Below the pieces are notes generated by a model, which was not told where the DNA came from, ran no database searches, and saw only the letters and a list, made by a program, of their open reading frames with translations. A DNA stretch of 64,000 nt. Origin: Spirochaetia bacterium. GTDB taxonomy: Bacteria > Spirochaetota > Spirochaetia > SP-2023. Every line of letters starts with the position of its first letter. Position 1 is the stretch's first letter. Shown piece by piece: positions 31,132-40,587 of the stretch. The position numbers and the translations under genes are program-made. The stretch lies in the NCBI GenBank assembly GCA_965263295.1, contig OZ253665.1, positions 1,760,001 through 1,824,000 of the forward strand, in the 5' to 3' direction.

Positions 31132-32313
31132 ATGTATACACAAGCACAGCCAGTATTTCAACAGAGATTACAGCAGATCCGCGCCCAGGGTTTGTGGAAG
31201 GCGGAGCGCACGATCACTACAGCCCAAGGTGCCCATATTGCAACGGACAAACAAAACGACATCCTCAACATGTGTTCCAACAATTATCTGGGCTTTGCCT
31301 CTGACCCTCGGATCATTGCGGCGGCGCAGCGCAATCTGGCAGAGTATGGCTACGGCCTCTCATCTGTGCGTTTTATTTGTGGCACCCAGAAAATACACCA
31401 AGACTTGGAAAAACGTATCAGCGAGTTTTTACACATGGAAAATACTATTTTATATTCTTCCTGTTTTGATGCCAACTGTGGCCTCTTTGAAAGCTTGCTC
31501 AGCAATGACGATGCCATCATCAGCGACGAGTTGAACCACGCCAGTATCATAGACGGTGTGCGACTTTGCAAGGCGCGGAGATACCGCTACCGGAATTCTG
31601 ACATGGAGGACCTCGAAAATCATTTAAAGGCGGCGCAATCCGCCCGCTTGCGACTGATTGTGACCGATGGGGTGTTTTCGATGGACGGCATTATTGCAAA
31701 CCTGGCGGGAATTTGCGATCTTGCCGAGCGCTATGATGCCTTAGTCATGGTTGACGACAGCCACGCCGTGGGCTTTATCGGAGACAGTGGCCGCGGGACT
31801 CCCGAACTGTGCGGTGTCATGGATCGTGTCGATATTGTCACCGGGACCCTGGGCAAAGCTCTCGGAGGCGCTAGCGGAGGTTACACCAGTGCCAAAAAAG
31901 AGATTGTGCAACTGTTGCGTCAGGTCTCAAGGCCCTATCTGTTTTCCAATTCTCTAGCTCCAGTGATTGCGGCAAGTTCCATTGCAGTGCTGGATTTGCT
32001 GGAAGCGGCGAGCGAGCTTCGCGAGCGCTTGCGCGAAAACACCGCTTATTTTGCCACCGAAATGCGCAATTTAAATTTCGATATACCACATTCCGAGCAC
32101 CCAATTGTGCCCGTGATGTTTTACGATGCGGAAATGGCGACAGCGATGGCCTCCAAATTACTGGAATACGGAGTCTACGCCATCGGTTTCACATATCCGG
32201 TTGTCCCCAAAGGCCAGGCCCGCATTCGCACGCAATTGAGCGCCCAACACAGCAAGGAAGACATAGATAAAGCCGTTGCGGCTTTTGCCGCAGCAAGAGA
32301 TGCGCTAGCTTAA
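31132..32313 (+). CDS. kbl: 2-amino-3-ketobutyrate CoA ligase (glycine C-acetyltransferase)
   Basis: [48 protein letters not shown]; start ATG 31132. Confidence 0.96.
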   Translation: MYTQAQPVFQQRLQQIRAQGLWKAERTITTAQGAHIATDKQNDILNMCSNNYLGFASDPRIIAAAQRNLAEYGYGLSSVRFICGTQKIHQDLEKRISEFLHMENTILYSSCFDANCGLFESLLSNDDAIISDELNHASIIDGVRLCKARRYRYRNSDMEDLENHLKAAQSARLRLIVTDGVFSMDGIIANLAGICDLAERYDALVMVDDSHAVGFIGDSGRGTPELCGVMDRVDIVTGTLGKALGGASGGYTSAKKEIVQLLRQVSRPYLFSNSLAPVIAASSIAVLDLLEAASELRERLRENTAYFATEMRNLNFDIPHSEHPIVPVMFYDAEMATAMASKLLEYGVYAIGFTYPVVPKGQARIRTQLSAQHSKEDIDKAVAAFAAARDALA

Positions 32314-32740
32314 ATACACAGCGGCAAACATTAGTTTTTCTCGAGTTTCCTGGCTTTGCCGCACATACTAAACAAGAGCGCATCGCGCCGGCTCGGACCT
32401 GTTTGTGATAATCAACGGATCAAGCGCTGCAAGGCTGTCAAAGCCGCAATCACTGAGTGCCTTGCGCATAAACAAAAGGCACCAAGCTAGCTGTCACTTG
32501 GCACCCCGTCACATTTTAGGCTGCGAGTTGTCACGTCTTGCGTCAAGCTCGGATGACGGCAGTTTTTCCTACTGCTCTTGACCACTGTATTTGCATTGCT
32601 GTTTTCACAGGATGCCGCCCCCTGCACAAAATTAAGTGCCCTGATTCAGATTTAAAAAACTAGTAATTCAGCCAGACCATTGGAATTTTGATCATTTCCA
32701 ATTAAAATAAGAAAAATTCCCTCAACTCAGGAGGCCAATT

Positions 32741-33943
32741 TTGTCTCAGTCATCCCCCTCGACAGCTCCTTCGACAGCTCCTTCGACAGCCCCCGGCGCA
32801 CTCTGCCGCAGCCCTTTATACCCCATTTACGCAGAATACCTGGGGCCTCACGGCAAGCTCATTGAGTTTGCCGGCTATGAAATGCCCGCCCAGTATAGCC
32901 TCGGCGTCAAGGCGGAGCACCTGTGGTGCCGAAAGCGAGCTGGTTTTTTTGACATCTCCCACATGGGCCAGGCCTGGTTGCTTGCCGAAAGCGGCGAACA
33001 AACGGATGTCATCGCGGCCATGGAAGAATTAGTTGGAGCCGACCTGCAGGCTCTGGCCCCCGGCAGACAGCAATACACCCAGTTACTCAACGATAGAGGC
33101 GGCATCCTCGACGATTTGATTATCACCCGGCCCGCCGAATTTGAAGATCGCCTTTATACGGTGGTCAATGCCGCTTGCAAGAAAAAAGATTTTGCCTATA
33201 TCGAGCAAAAACTCAGGGGCCGCGTGCGCGTTGAGCGCCTGGAAAATCGTGCTTTAATTGCCCTGCAGGGGCCCCAAGCTATTGCCGTCGCGCAAAAACA
33301 TTTTTGCGGCGTTGAATCATTGACTTTCATGCATTGGAAAGCAATTTCATGGTCGGGACAAGAGCTCTATGTCTCCCGCTCGGGCTATACCGGCGAAGAC
33401 GGCATTGAAATCTCCGTGGATTCGGAACAAGCCATCGCCTTGGCCCACCTCCTGCTTGCGGAACCAGAAGTTCAGCCCATTGGCTTGGGGGCCCGCGATA
33501 GCCTGCGCCTGGAAGCTGGCCTCTGCCTCTACGGCGCGGACATGGACGAACAGACGACCCCTGTCGAAGCCAGTCTACTCTGGTCCATTGGCAAGCGTCG
33601 CCGTGCCCAAGGCGATTGTGCCCAAGGCGAGTTTGCCGGCGCCGACACAATTTTGCGACAAATCAACGAAGGCGTGAACCGTAAGCGCGTCGGCCTGGAC
33701 GTCCAGGGCAAGGCCCCGTGTCGCGCCGGAGTGCCGGTGTACTCAGCCGCCGAAGGCGGCGACAAAATTGGCGCAGTCTGTTCCGGCGGCTTCTCTCCAT
33801 GCTTGGAAAAACCAATTGCCATGGCATACGTCGCCTCCAGCCACAGCAGACAGGGCACGCCGGTATGGCTGGAACTACGCGGCAAGCGCATCCCGGCCCA
33901 AACCTGTAAAATGCCCTTTGTGGCGCCCAAATATGCAAAATGA
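32741..33943 (+). CDS. gcvT: Glycine cleavage system T protein
   Basis: FAGYEMP, FDISHMGQ, GGILDDL, SRSGYTGEDG.E, GLGARDSLRLEAGLCLYG; AGGAGG + TTG start. Confidence 0.96.
   Translation: MSQSSPSTAPSTAPSTAPGALCRSPLYPIYAEYLGPHGKLIEFAGYEMPAQYSLGVKAEHLWCRKRAGFFDISHMGQAWLLAESGEQTDVIAAMEELVGADLQALAPGRQQYTQLLNDRGGILDDLIITRPAEFEDRLYTVVNAACKKKDFAYIEQKLRGRVRVERLENRALIALQGPQAIAVAQKHFCGVESLTFMHWKAISWSGQELYVSRSGYTGEDGIEISVDSEQAIALAHLLLAEPEVQPIGLGARDSLRLEAGLCLYGADMDEQTTPVEASLLWSIGKRRRAQGDCAQGEFAGADTILRQINEGVNRKRVGLDVQGKAPCRAGVPVYSAAEGGDKIGAVCSGGFSPCLEKPIAMAYVASSHSRQGTPVWLELRGKRIPAQTCKMPFVAPKYAK
32756..32791. repeat. 12-bp in-frame tandem repeat x3 (PSTA) at the gcvT 5' end
   Basis: ccctcgacagct, ccttcgacagct, ccttcgacagcc. 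Confidence 0.9.
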
Positions 33944-33979
33944 TGGCATTTTCAGTTCAGCATTTGAAGGAGAACTCCC

Positions 33980-34327
33980 ATGACGAAATACACTGAAGAA
34001 CACGAATGGATCCGCCTGGAAGGCGAAATTGCCACGGTTGGTATAACCACACACGCTCAGGAGCAGCTCGGCGAGCTGGTTTACGTCGAGCTACCCCAAG
34101 TTGGCGAGCAATTTTCCCAGGGTGAAACGACGGGTGTCGTGGAGTCGACCAAGACGGCCTCGGACATTTATGCCCCAGTAGACTGTGAAATTGTCGAGGT
34201 CAACAGCACTTTGGAAGGAGAACCTGGCCAGGTCAACAGCGCCGCCGAAGGCGCGGGCTGGTTGTACAAGATCAAGCTAAGCGATCCGGCGCAGTTTGAA
34301 GCTTTGCTGGACCAAGAAATAATTTAG
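33980..34327 (+). CDS. gcvH: Glycine cleavage system H protein
   Basis: YTEEHEW, VGIT.HAQEQLG, VESTKTASD lipoyl-Lys motif. Confidence 0.96.
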   Translation: MTKYTEEHEWIRLEGEIATVGITTHAQEQLGELVYVELPQVGEQFSQGETTGVVESTKTASDIYAPVDCEIVEVNSTLEGEPGQVNSAAEGAGWLYKIKLSDPAQFEALLDQEII

Positions 34328-34514
34328 GCCGGCCGGTATTTGAGCTATAATCTGAGTGTAATTGGGAATTTTACATTGAAAAGGCTCAAATTCAGTTGAT
34401 CTTTTCTGCTTCGCTACAAGGCAATTAAGGACATGAAGGGCAGGACTTAGTGACGGCAGGGAAGGGACAGCAAAAAAGGACAGAAAAAAAGGCAGGGCAA
34501 AAGGACAAGTCAAG

Positions 34515-37499
34515 ATGAACACGCAGACACATATCGCAATGGATGAAAGGCTGGATGAGCTGGACGCGGCTCATGACTTCCTTCGGCGCCACATCGGGCC
34601 AAGCGCCACAGAACAACAACAGATGCTGCATGAGCTTGGCTTTGATAGCCTGGAGCAACTGAGTCAGGCCATCGTACCCGACAATATCCGCCAGCGAGAA
34701 CGAATAGAGGGCCGCATTCCGTCGGCTATTTCTGAAGATGATATTCTGAGGAAGCTGGAAGCCATGTCGCGGCAGAACATTCAGGTCAAGTCACTGATCG
34801 GCCAGGGCTACTACGGCAACCACACATGCGCAGTAATTATCCGCAACGTGCTGGAAAATCCTGGCTGGTATACGGCCTACACACCCTATCAAGCCGAAAT
34901 ATCCCAGGGCCGACTCGAAGCGCTGGCCAACTTCCAGACCGTTGTCATAGACCTGACGGGGCTACCCATTGCCGAAGCTTCGCTGCTGGACGAGGCTTCG
35001 GCGGCAGCCGAAGCCATGACCATGTGCCTGCGTGCCGCACCGCGCAAACGCGGCGGCAATGCCCAGGCTACGAGCTACTTTTTTGTCGCCGACAACTGCC
35101 ATCCCCAAACCATTGACGTGGTAAAAAATCGCGCCCAGGCCCTGCGGGCTTCCTTGGGTCTAAAAGTCATAGTTGCGCCCGTCGAAGAACTCGCAGCCTG
35201 CATTGAAAAATATGGCTCAGCTCTTTTCGGAGCTCTGTTGCAGTATCCGGGAACTCGCGGCGAGGTTTGCGACCACAGCGTTGCCATCGAACAATTACAC
35301 GCCAACAACTCACTCGCCGTCGTGGCCTGCGACCTGCTGTCCCTGACTCTGTTGAAGACTCCCGGTGAAATGGGTGCCGATGTGGCTATCGGCAGCGCAC
35401 AGCGCTTTGGCGTCCCCCTGGGTTTCGGCGGTCCACACGCAGCGTTCATGTCCTGCAGCAAAAAGTTACAGCGCGCCATGCCGGGCCGCATCATCGGGCT
35501 TTCAAAAGACCGTCACGGCAAACCGGCCTATCGGATGTCCATTCAGACACGCGAACAACACATCCGGCGCGAAAAGGCCAACTCCAATATTTGCACGGCC
35601 CAGGCTTTGCTGGCGATCATTGCCAGTTTCTACGCCGTTTATTTTGGACCGAAGGGGCTGCAACGCATTGCCCGCCGTGTCAACGGCCTGACTCGGGCCC
35701 TGGCTAACGGCCTCCAGGCCGCAGGTTACCAGCTGCACTCCAAGCAGTTCTTTGACACTCTGTGCATCGAGTGTGGCGAAAAGGCCCAGTTGCTGCTGCA
35801 ATTGGCACTGGAAAATGGTTACAACCTGCGCTACATCGACGCTACGCACCTGGGAATTTCCCTGGACGACACCACCCGCCAAGAAGATGTGGCCACCCTG
35901 CTGGACAAGGTTTTTTTCAATCTGAGTGAAACACAAGACGCAGTGAGTGGGCGCTCGTATAGTATCGATGAGCTGGCACAGGGTTTTGGAGCCTCCATCA
36001 GCGCCGGCCTGCTGCGTCAAAGCACCTACCTGCAGCATCCCGTTTTCAACAGCAAGCACAGTGAAACACAGATGATGCGCTACATGCGCCACCTGGTCAA
36101 CAAGGATATCGCCTTGGATCGTTCCATGATTCCACTGGGTTCCTGCACGATGAAGCTGAATGCCGCTACCGAGATGAAGGCCTTGACTCTGTCGGGCTTT
36201 GCCAACATCCACCCTTTTGCCCCGTCTGGGCAAACTCAAGGCTACCGAATGCTCATCACCGAACTGGAGTACTACCTCTGTGCCTTAACTGGCTACGATG
36301 CGGTGTCTCTGCAGCCCAACGCCGGCTCTCAGGGGGAATACGCCGGACTCCTGGCCATTCGCGCCTATCATGAACAGCGCGGCGAAACCCAGCGCGACCT
36401 CTGCCTGATCCCAACTTCAGCCCACGGCACCAATCCCGCCTCGGCGACCATGGCGGGCATGCGGGTGCAGCCCCTCAAGTGCGACACACAGGGCAATATC
36501 GATTTAAACGAACTGCGCCAGCAGTGCGAGAAGCACCACCAGTCATTGTCTTGCATCATGATCACCTATCCTTCGACCCACGGTGTCTTTGAAAAAAATG
36601 TCAAAGAAGTTTGCGACATAGTGCACCAGGCCGGCGCCCAGGTCTATATCGACGGTGCCAATATGAACGCCCAGGTCGGCTTGGCCTACCCCGGACTTTA
36701 CGGCGGCGACGTTTCGCACTTGAACCTGCATAAAACTTTTGCCATTCCGCACGGCGGCGGCGGTCCCGGCGTCGGGCCAGTATTGGTCAAGGCACATCTG
36801 GCCGAATTTTTGCCCGGACACAGTGTCGTCGCCAACGGCCGCGGCAAAAATGGCGCCGTCGCGGCCGCGCCTTGGGGCTCTGCCTCGGTGCTAGTCATCA
36901 CGTATGCCTACATCTCGCTGCTGGGCTACAGGGGGCTGCGCCAAGCCAGCGAAGTGGCCATACTTTCAGCCAACTACATAGCCAAACGTCTACAGCCTTA
37001 CTATTCGATTCTGTATACCGGAGAAGGTGGCTATGTCGCCCACGAGTGCATCCTGGATATTCGACCCCTGGAAAAAGAGACCGGCGTCAGCTGCGAAGAC
37101 ATAGCCAAGCGCCTGATGGACTTTGGCATCCACGCCCCGACCATGGCCTTCCCGGTGCCGGGCACGCTAATGGTCGAACCTACCGAGTCCGAACCCCTGG
37201 AGGAAATTGAACGCTTTATCCAGGCCATGATCTGTATCCGCAAAGAAATTGAAGAACTCAAACGTGGAGATTACAGCCTTGAAGACAATGTTTTGAAAAA
37301 TGCTCCCCACACCGCGCAGGAGCTCACAGCCGATAATTGGGGCCACGCGTACAGCCGGGCAAAAGCCGCCTTCCCTTTGCCCGGCTTGAAACGCGACAAA
37401 ATCTGGCCGGCTGTGGCCCGCATTGACAATGTCTACGGTGACCGCAACTTATTTTGCAGCTGTGCGCCAATAGAAAGTTACGGGGACGATGAAAATTGA
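34515..37499 (+). CDS. gcvP: Glycine dehydrogenase (single-chain P protein)
   Basis: [57 protein letters not shown]. Confidence 0.97.
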   Translation: MNTQTHIAMDERLDELDAAHDFLRRHIGPSATEQQQMLHELGFDSLEQLSQAIVPDNIRQRERIEGRIPSAISEDDILRKLEAMSRQNIQVKSLIGQGYYGNHTCAVIIRNVLENPGWYTAYTPYQAEISQGRLEALANFQTVVIDLTGLPIAEASLLDEASAAAEAMTMCLRAAPRKRGGNAQATSYFFVADNCHPQTIDVVKNRAQALRASLGLKVIVAPVEELAACIEKYGSALFGALLQYPGTRGEVCDHSVAIEQLHANNSLAVVACDLLSLTLLKTPGEMGADVAIGSAQRFGVPLGFGGPHAAFMSCSKKLQRAMPGRIIGLSKDRHGKPAYRMSIQTREQHIRREKANSNICTAQALLAIIASFYAVYFGPKGLQRIARRVNGLTRALANGLQAAGYQLHSKQFFDTLCIECGEKAQLLLQLALENGYNLRYIDATHLGISLDDTTRQEDVATLLDKVFFNLSETQDAVSGRSYSIDELAQGFGASISAGLLRQSTYLQHPVFNSKHSETQMMRYMRHLVNKDIALDRSMIPLGSCTMKLNAATEMKALTLSGFANIHPFAPSGQTQGYRMLITELEYYLCALTGYDAVSLQPNAGSQGEYAGLLAIRAYHEQRGETQRDLCLIPTSAHGTNPASATMAGMRVQPLKCDTQGNIDLNELRQQCEKHHQSLSCIMITYPSTHGVFEKNVKEVCDIVHQAGAQVYIDGANMNAQVGLAYPGLYGGDVSHLNLHKTFAIPHGGGGPGVGPVLVKAHLAEFLPGHSVVANGRGKNGAVAAAPWGSASVLVITYAYISLLGYRGLRQASEVAILSANYIAKRLQPYYSILYTGEGGYVAHECILDIRPLEKETGVSCEDIAKRLMDFGIHAPTMAFPVPGTLMVEPTESEPLEEIERFIQAMICIRKEIEELKRGDYSLEDNVLKNAPHTAQELTADNWGHAYSRAKAAFPLPGLKRDKIWPAVARIDNVYGDRNLFCSCAPIESYGDDEN

Positions 37500-37558
37500 C
37501 AAAAGCTGCGGCGACTATATACCTGACCCAAGCACAAATCCCCTGAGACAATACCAGT

Positions 37559-38821
37559 ATGAACTACTCTAGTTTTGGCCAGAAGTTCTATCGACGCTCT
37601 GGCATCACCGTATTGATGGATGACCTGAACAAAGGCCTGCGCACGCCAGGGACCATTATGCTCGGCGGTGGCAATCCAGCCACCATCCCCACAATAGAAG
37701 CATACCTGCGCCGCGCCTGCTCAGATCTGCTGGCAGACGGCAGCTTGACCCACGCCATCTGTAACTACGATGGGCCGCAAGGCCAGACGGCTTTTATTCA
37801 ATCATTGGCAACCATGCTGCAAGAGCGATACGGCTGGTCGATTGGGCCGCAAAATATTACGCTGACCAACGGCAGTCAAAGCAGTTTTTTCTATCTCTTT
37901 AATATCCTGGCTGGGCGACAACGGCCTGACGGCGAGAACAAGAAAATCATCTTGCCTCTGGCGCCCGAATATATCGGCTATGGCGACGTCGGTATCGACG
38001 AGAACATCTTCGTGGGCTGTGCACCAAAAGTTGAAATGCTGGGCGAACGCCTGTTCAAGTACCATATCGACTTTGATAATCTGCCAATCGACGAAAATAT
38101 CGCCGCCATCTGTGTCTCAAGACCCACCAACCCCACCGGCAACGTATTGACAGACGAAGAAATTCAGCGCCTAAATGCCCTGGCCTGTCAGTACCGCATA
38201 CCCCTGATTCTCGACAATGCCTATGGAACCCCGTTCCCCAACATTATTTTTAACGATGTGCGGCCCTTCTGGAATGACAACACCATTGTATGCCTGAGCT
38301 TATCCAAACTGGGACTGCCGGGTCTGCGTTGCGGCATAGTCATAGCAAACCCAGAGCTGAGCCAAGTCCTCGCCAACATAAACGGCATCACTAGCCTGGC
38401 TCCCGGCAGCATTGGCCCTACCCTGGGGCACTATATGATCAAACGTGGAGACCTGCTGGAGCTGAGTCGCGAGATTGTTCAACCCTTCTACCGCGAGAAA
38501 AGCCTCCTGGCTCTGGATATTGCCCGCGAGCAAATTCGCGATGAGCGAGTGTGCATCCACAAGCCGGAAGGGGCGATATTTCTGTGGCTATGGTTTCAGG
38601 ACCTACCGATTACCACTATGGAACTCTACCGTCGCCTAAAAGCACGCGGCGTAATGATCGTGCCAGGTGAATATTTTTTTCCTGGTTTTAATGTCAAAAC
38701 CAATCCATTACCCCACCAATGCCTGCGTATGAACTATGTCCAAGAACCGGCATTGCTGCGCAAGGGAATTGAAATCATAGGCGAGGAAGTCAAAAATGCT
38801 TACAATACCTCTGCGACATAG
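37559..38821 (+). CDS. avtA: Valine-pyruvate aminotransferase
   Basis: FGQKF..SGIT.LMDDLN.GLRTPG.IMLGGGNP, SRPTNPTGN, SLSKLGLPG. Confidence 0.93.
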   Translation: MNYSSFGQKFYRRSGITVLMDDLNKGLRTPGTIMLGGGNPATIPTIEAYLRRACSDLLADGSLTHAICNYDGPQGQTAFIQSLATMLQERYGWSIGPQNITLTNGSQSSFFYLFNILAGRQRPDGENKKIILPLAPEYIGYGDVGIDENIFVGCAPKVEMLGERLFKYHIDFDNLPIDENIAAICVSRPTNPTGNVLTDEEIQRLNALACQYRIPLILDNAYGTPFPNIIFNDVRPFWNDNTIVCLSLSKLGLPGLRCGIVIANPELSQVLANINGITSLAPGSIGPTLGHYMIKRGDLLELSREIVQPFYREKSLLALDIAREQIRDERVCIHKPEGAIFLWLWFQDLPITTMELYRRLKARGVMIVPGEYFFPGFNVKTNPLPHQCLRMNYVQEPALLRKGIEIIGEEVKNAYNTSAT

Positions 38822-38936
38822 TCCATTTATACAGACCCCTCTATCTTTCGAAGGCTTAAGCCATAACTTTCGACAAGCGAGGTTAAAATTCAGAACTTCC
38901 TGCCCAGCTTGCGGATAATTCTTTAGGCCAAGTCCA

Positions 38937-38965
38937 TTGACACTAGCCGCTTAGGCCTATACAAT
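38937..38965 (+). promoter_or_regulatory. Sigma70 promoter of rplM-rpsI
   Basis: TTGACA-17 nt-TACAAT. Confidence 0.8.
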
Positions 38966-39048
38966 AGCAGCTATTCCGTTACAAATTGCTACGGATCCAG
39001 TCGATTAGCCAGGGTTAAATTATTATTCTGCAAATAATTGGGAGAAAT

Positions 39049-39480
39049 ATGAAAACACTCTATGTCAAGCCGAGCGAAAATCAGAAAAAATGGTTTATTA
39101 TTGATGCAGAGAACCAGCCTCTCGGTCGCGTGGCCATGAAGGCTGCTTATCTATTGCGCGGGAAACATAAAGCTCACTATGTGCCCTACCACGATCTTGG
39201 AGATCAGGTCATTATTATTAATGCAGCCAAAGCCTCTTTAAGCGGCAATAAATTCAGCGACAAGTTTTACTACGAGCACTCCGGTTTCCCCGGCGGGCTT
39301 AAGATCATGAATTATAAGAAGTTAGTCGCTCGTCGACCCTTGGCCCCGATAGAAAAAGCTGTAAAGGGCATGCTGCCCAAAGGTCCACTCGGTCGTGAGA
39401 TCTTCCGCAACCTGCGCGTTTACGCTGATGTTCGGCATCCGCACAGCAGCCAGAGCCCCTGTCGCGTAGAAGTCAAATAG
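39049..39480 (+). CDS. rplM: 50S ribosomal protein L13
   Basis: WFIIDA..LGR, LRGKHK, HSGFPGGLK, AVKGMLPK. Confidence 0.97.
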   Translation: MKTLYVKPSENQKKWFIIDAENQPLGRVAMKAAYLLRGKHKAHYVPYHDLGDQVIIINAAKASLSGNKFSDKFYYEHSGFPGGLKIMNYKKLVARRPLAPIEKAVKGMLPKGPLGREIFRNLRVYADVRHPHSSQSPCRVEVK

Positions 39481-39502
39481 TTTACTTATTAAGGAAAAAT
39501 TT

Positions 39503-39898
39503 ATGGCAATCAATAACCTCGCTCAAGCGGTCGGCCGCCGCAAGACCGCTGTAGCTCGTGTATACTTGCGTAAAGGCAGTGGCAAAATTCAAATCAACAA
39601 ACAGGAACTTGAAATATATTTCCCGATTAAAAGCCAACGGGCGAAGCTACAAAATCCGTTGCGTACCTGCGATGCCGACAGTTCATTTGATATTTACATC
39701 AACGTTTCTGGCGGTGGCAAAAGTGGCCAGGCCGGCGCTTGTGTTCATGGCATCGCGCGGGCCCTGCTTGCCTTCAGCGAAGAAAATCGCTCTGCCTTGC
39801 ACGCCAGTGGCTTTCTGACTCGTGACCCCCGTATGGTTGAACGCAAAAAATATGGTCAACGCGGTGCGCGCCGCAGTTTCCAGTTCTCAAAGCGTTAA
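39503..39898 (+). CDS. rpsI: 30S ribosomal protein S9
   Basis: GRRKTAVARV, GGGKSGQAGA, LTRDPRMVERKKYG, QFSKR. Confidence 0.98.
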   Translation: MAINNLAQAVGRRKTAVARVYLRKGSGKIQINKQELEIYFPIKSQRAKLQNPLRTCDADSSFDIYINVSGGGKSGQAGACVHGIARALLAFSEENRSALHASGFLTRDPRMVERKKYGQRGARRSFQFSKR

Positions 39899-39915
39899 AT
39901 TCTGGCTTCAGCGTA

Positions 39916-39950
39916 CCCAAATCCTGTCCAGAAATGGCAGAGGATTTGGG
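39916..39950. terminator. Hairpin between convergent rpsI and flgD
   Basis: cccaaatcc-tgtcca-GAAA-tggcag-a-ggatttggg; strong stem with a GAAA loop but a weak U-tail. Confidence 0.5.
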
Positions 39951-39966
39951 GGCCTAAATATGCCGA

Positions 39967-40473
39967 TTACTCGGCATCTGCCTCGCCAAGCTGCTTCTGC
40001 ATCTCGTCGGCCTCGGAAATACTGACCACTAAATCCGAGCTGTATTTATGACCATTGATTGTCAATTTAGTTGTACCAGAGCTATTCTGTTCAATTGCAG
40101 CAACGAGGCCCGAAACCAGTATGGGGTTGCCATCGTGGTCCAAACCCGAATTAACCGTAACCTGACGGCCTAAAAGAGCCAAAGACTGGCCACGGCCAAA
40201 ACGTTGGCTCATCTCTGTGAAACCTTTGTTTAATTCAATCATCTGTTCCAGACTGTTAAACTGAGCCATCTGGGCAATAAATTCCTTGTCGTCCTGAGGC
40301 TTCAACGGGTCTTGGTTCTTGAGCTGTTCTGTCAGGATCTTCAGGAAAGCATCTTTGCCTAAATCCTGTTGCAAGCCATGGCCTTTATTCAAACTGCGAT
40401 TGAAATTTTTAATCGCGATGTCGTGCTGCTGTTTTTGCAGCGGCGTCATCTCACTGGGTTTAATTTCTGCCAT
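39967..40473 (-). CDS. flgD: Flagellar hook capping protein
   Basis: LGKDAFLKILTEQLKNQDPLKPQDDKEFIAQMAQFNSLEQM; start set at MAEIKP. Confidence 0.95.
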   Translation of the reverse strand: MAEIKPSEMTPLQKQQHDIAIKNFNRSLNKGHGLQQDLGKDAFLKILTEQLKNQDPLKPQDDKEFIAQMAQFNSLEQMIELNKGFTEMSQRFGRGQSLALLGRQVTVNSGLDHDGNPILVSGLVAAIEQNSSGTTKLTINGHKYSSDLVVSISEADEMQKQLGEADAE

Positions 40474-40587
40474 AAAATACCTTCCTGTCGGCAAGTGCGA
40501 AATATTGTGTCGAAATATTTTTAATCATACATTAAGCTCTTTAAAATTTATCGGCGCAGTCACAAAAATTCATGATGCCACAAAGCT

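Noticed and set aside
32314..32740. Glycine riboswitch upstream of gcvT
   Set aside because: No GGAGA/CCGAAG/CTCAGG aptamer arrangement visible; an Infernal scan would be decisive
30242..36239. Long antisense ORFs (30242-30943, 35502-36239)
   Set aside because: Antisense shadows of tdh and gcvP with no independent coding evidence
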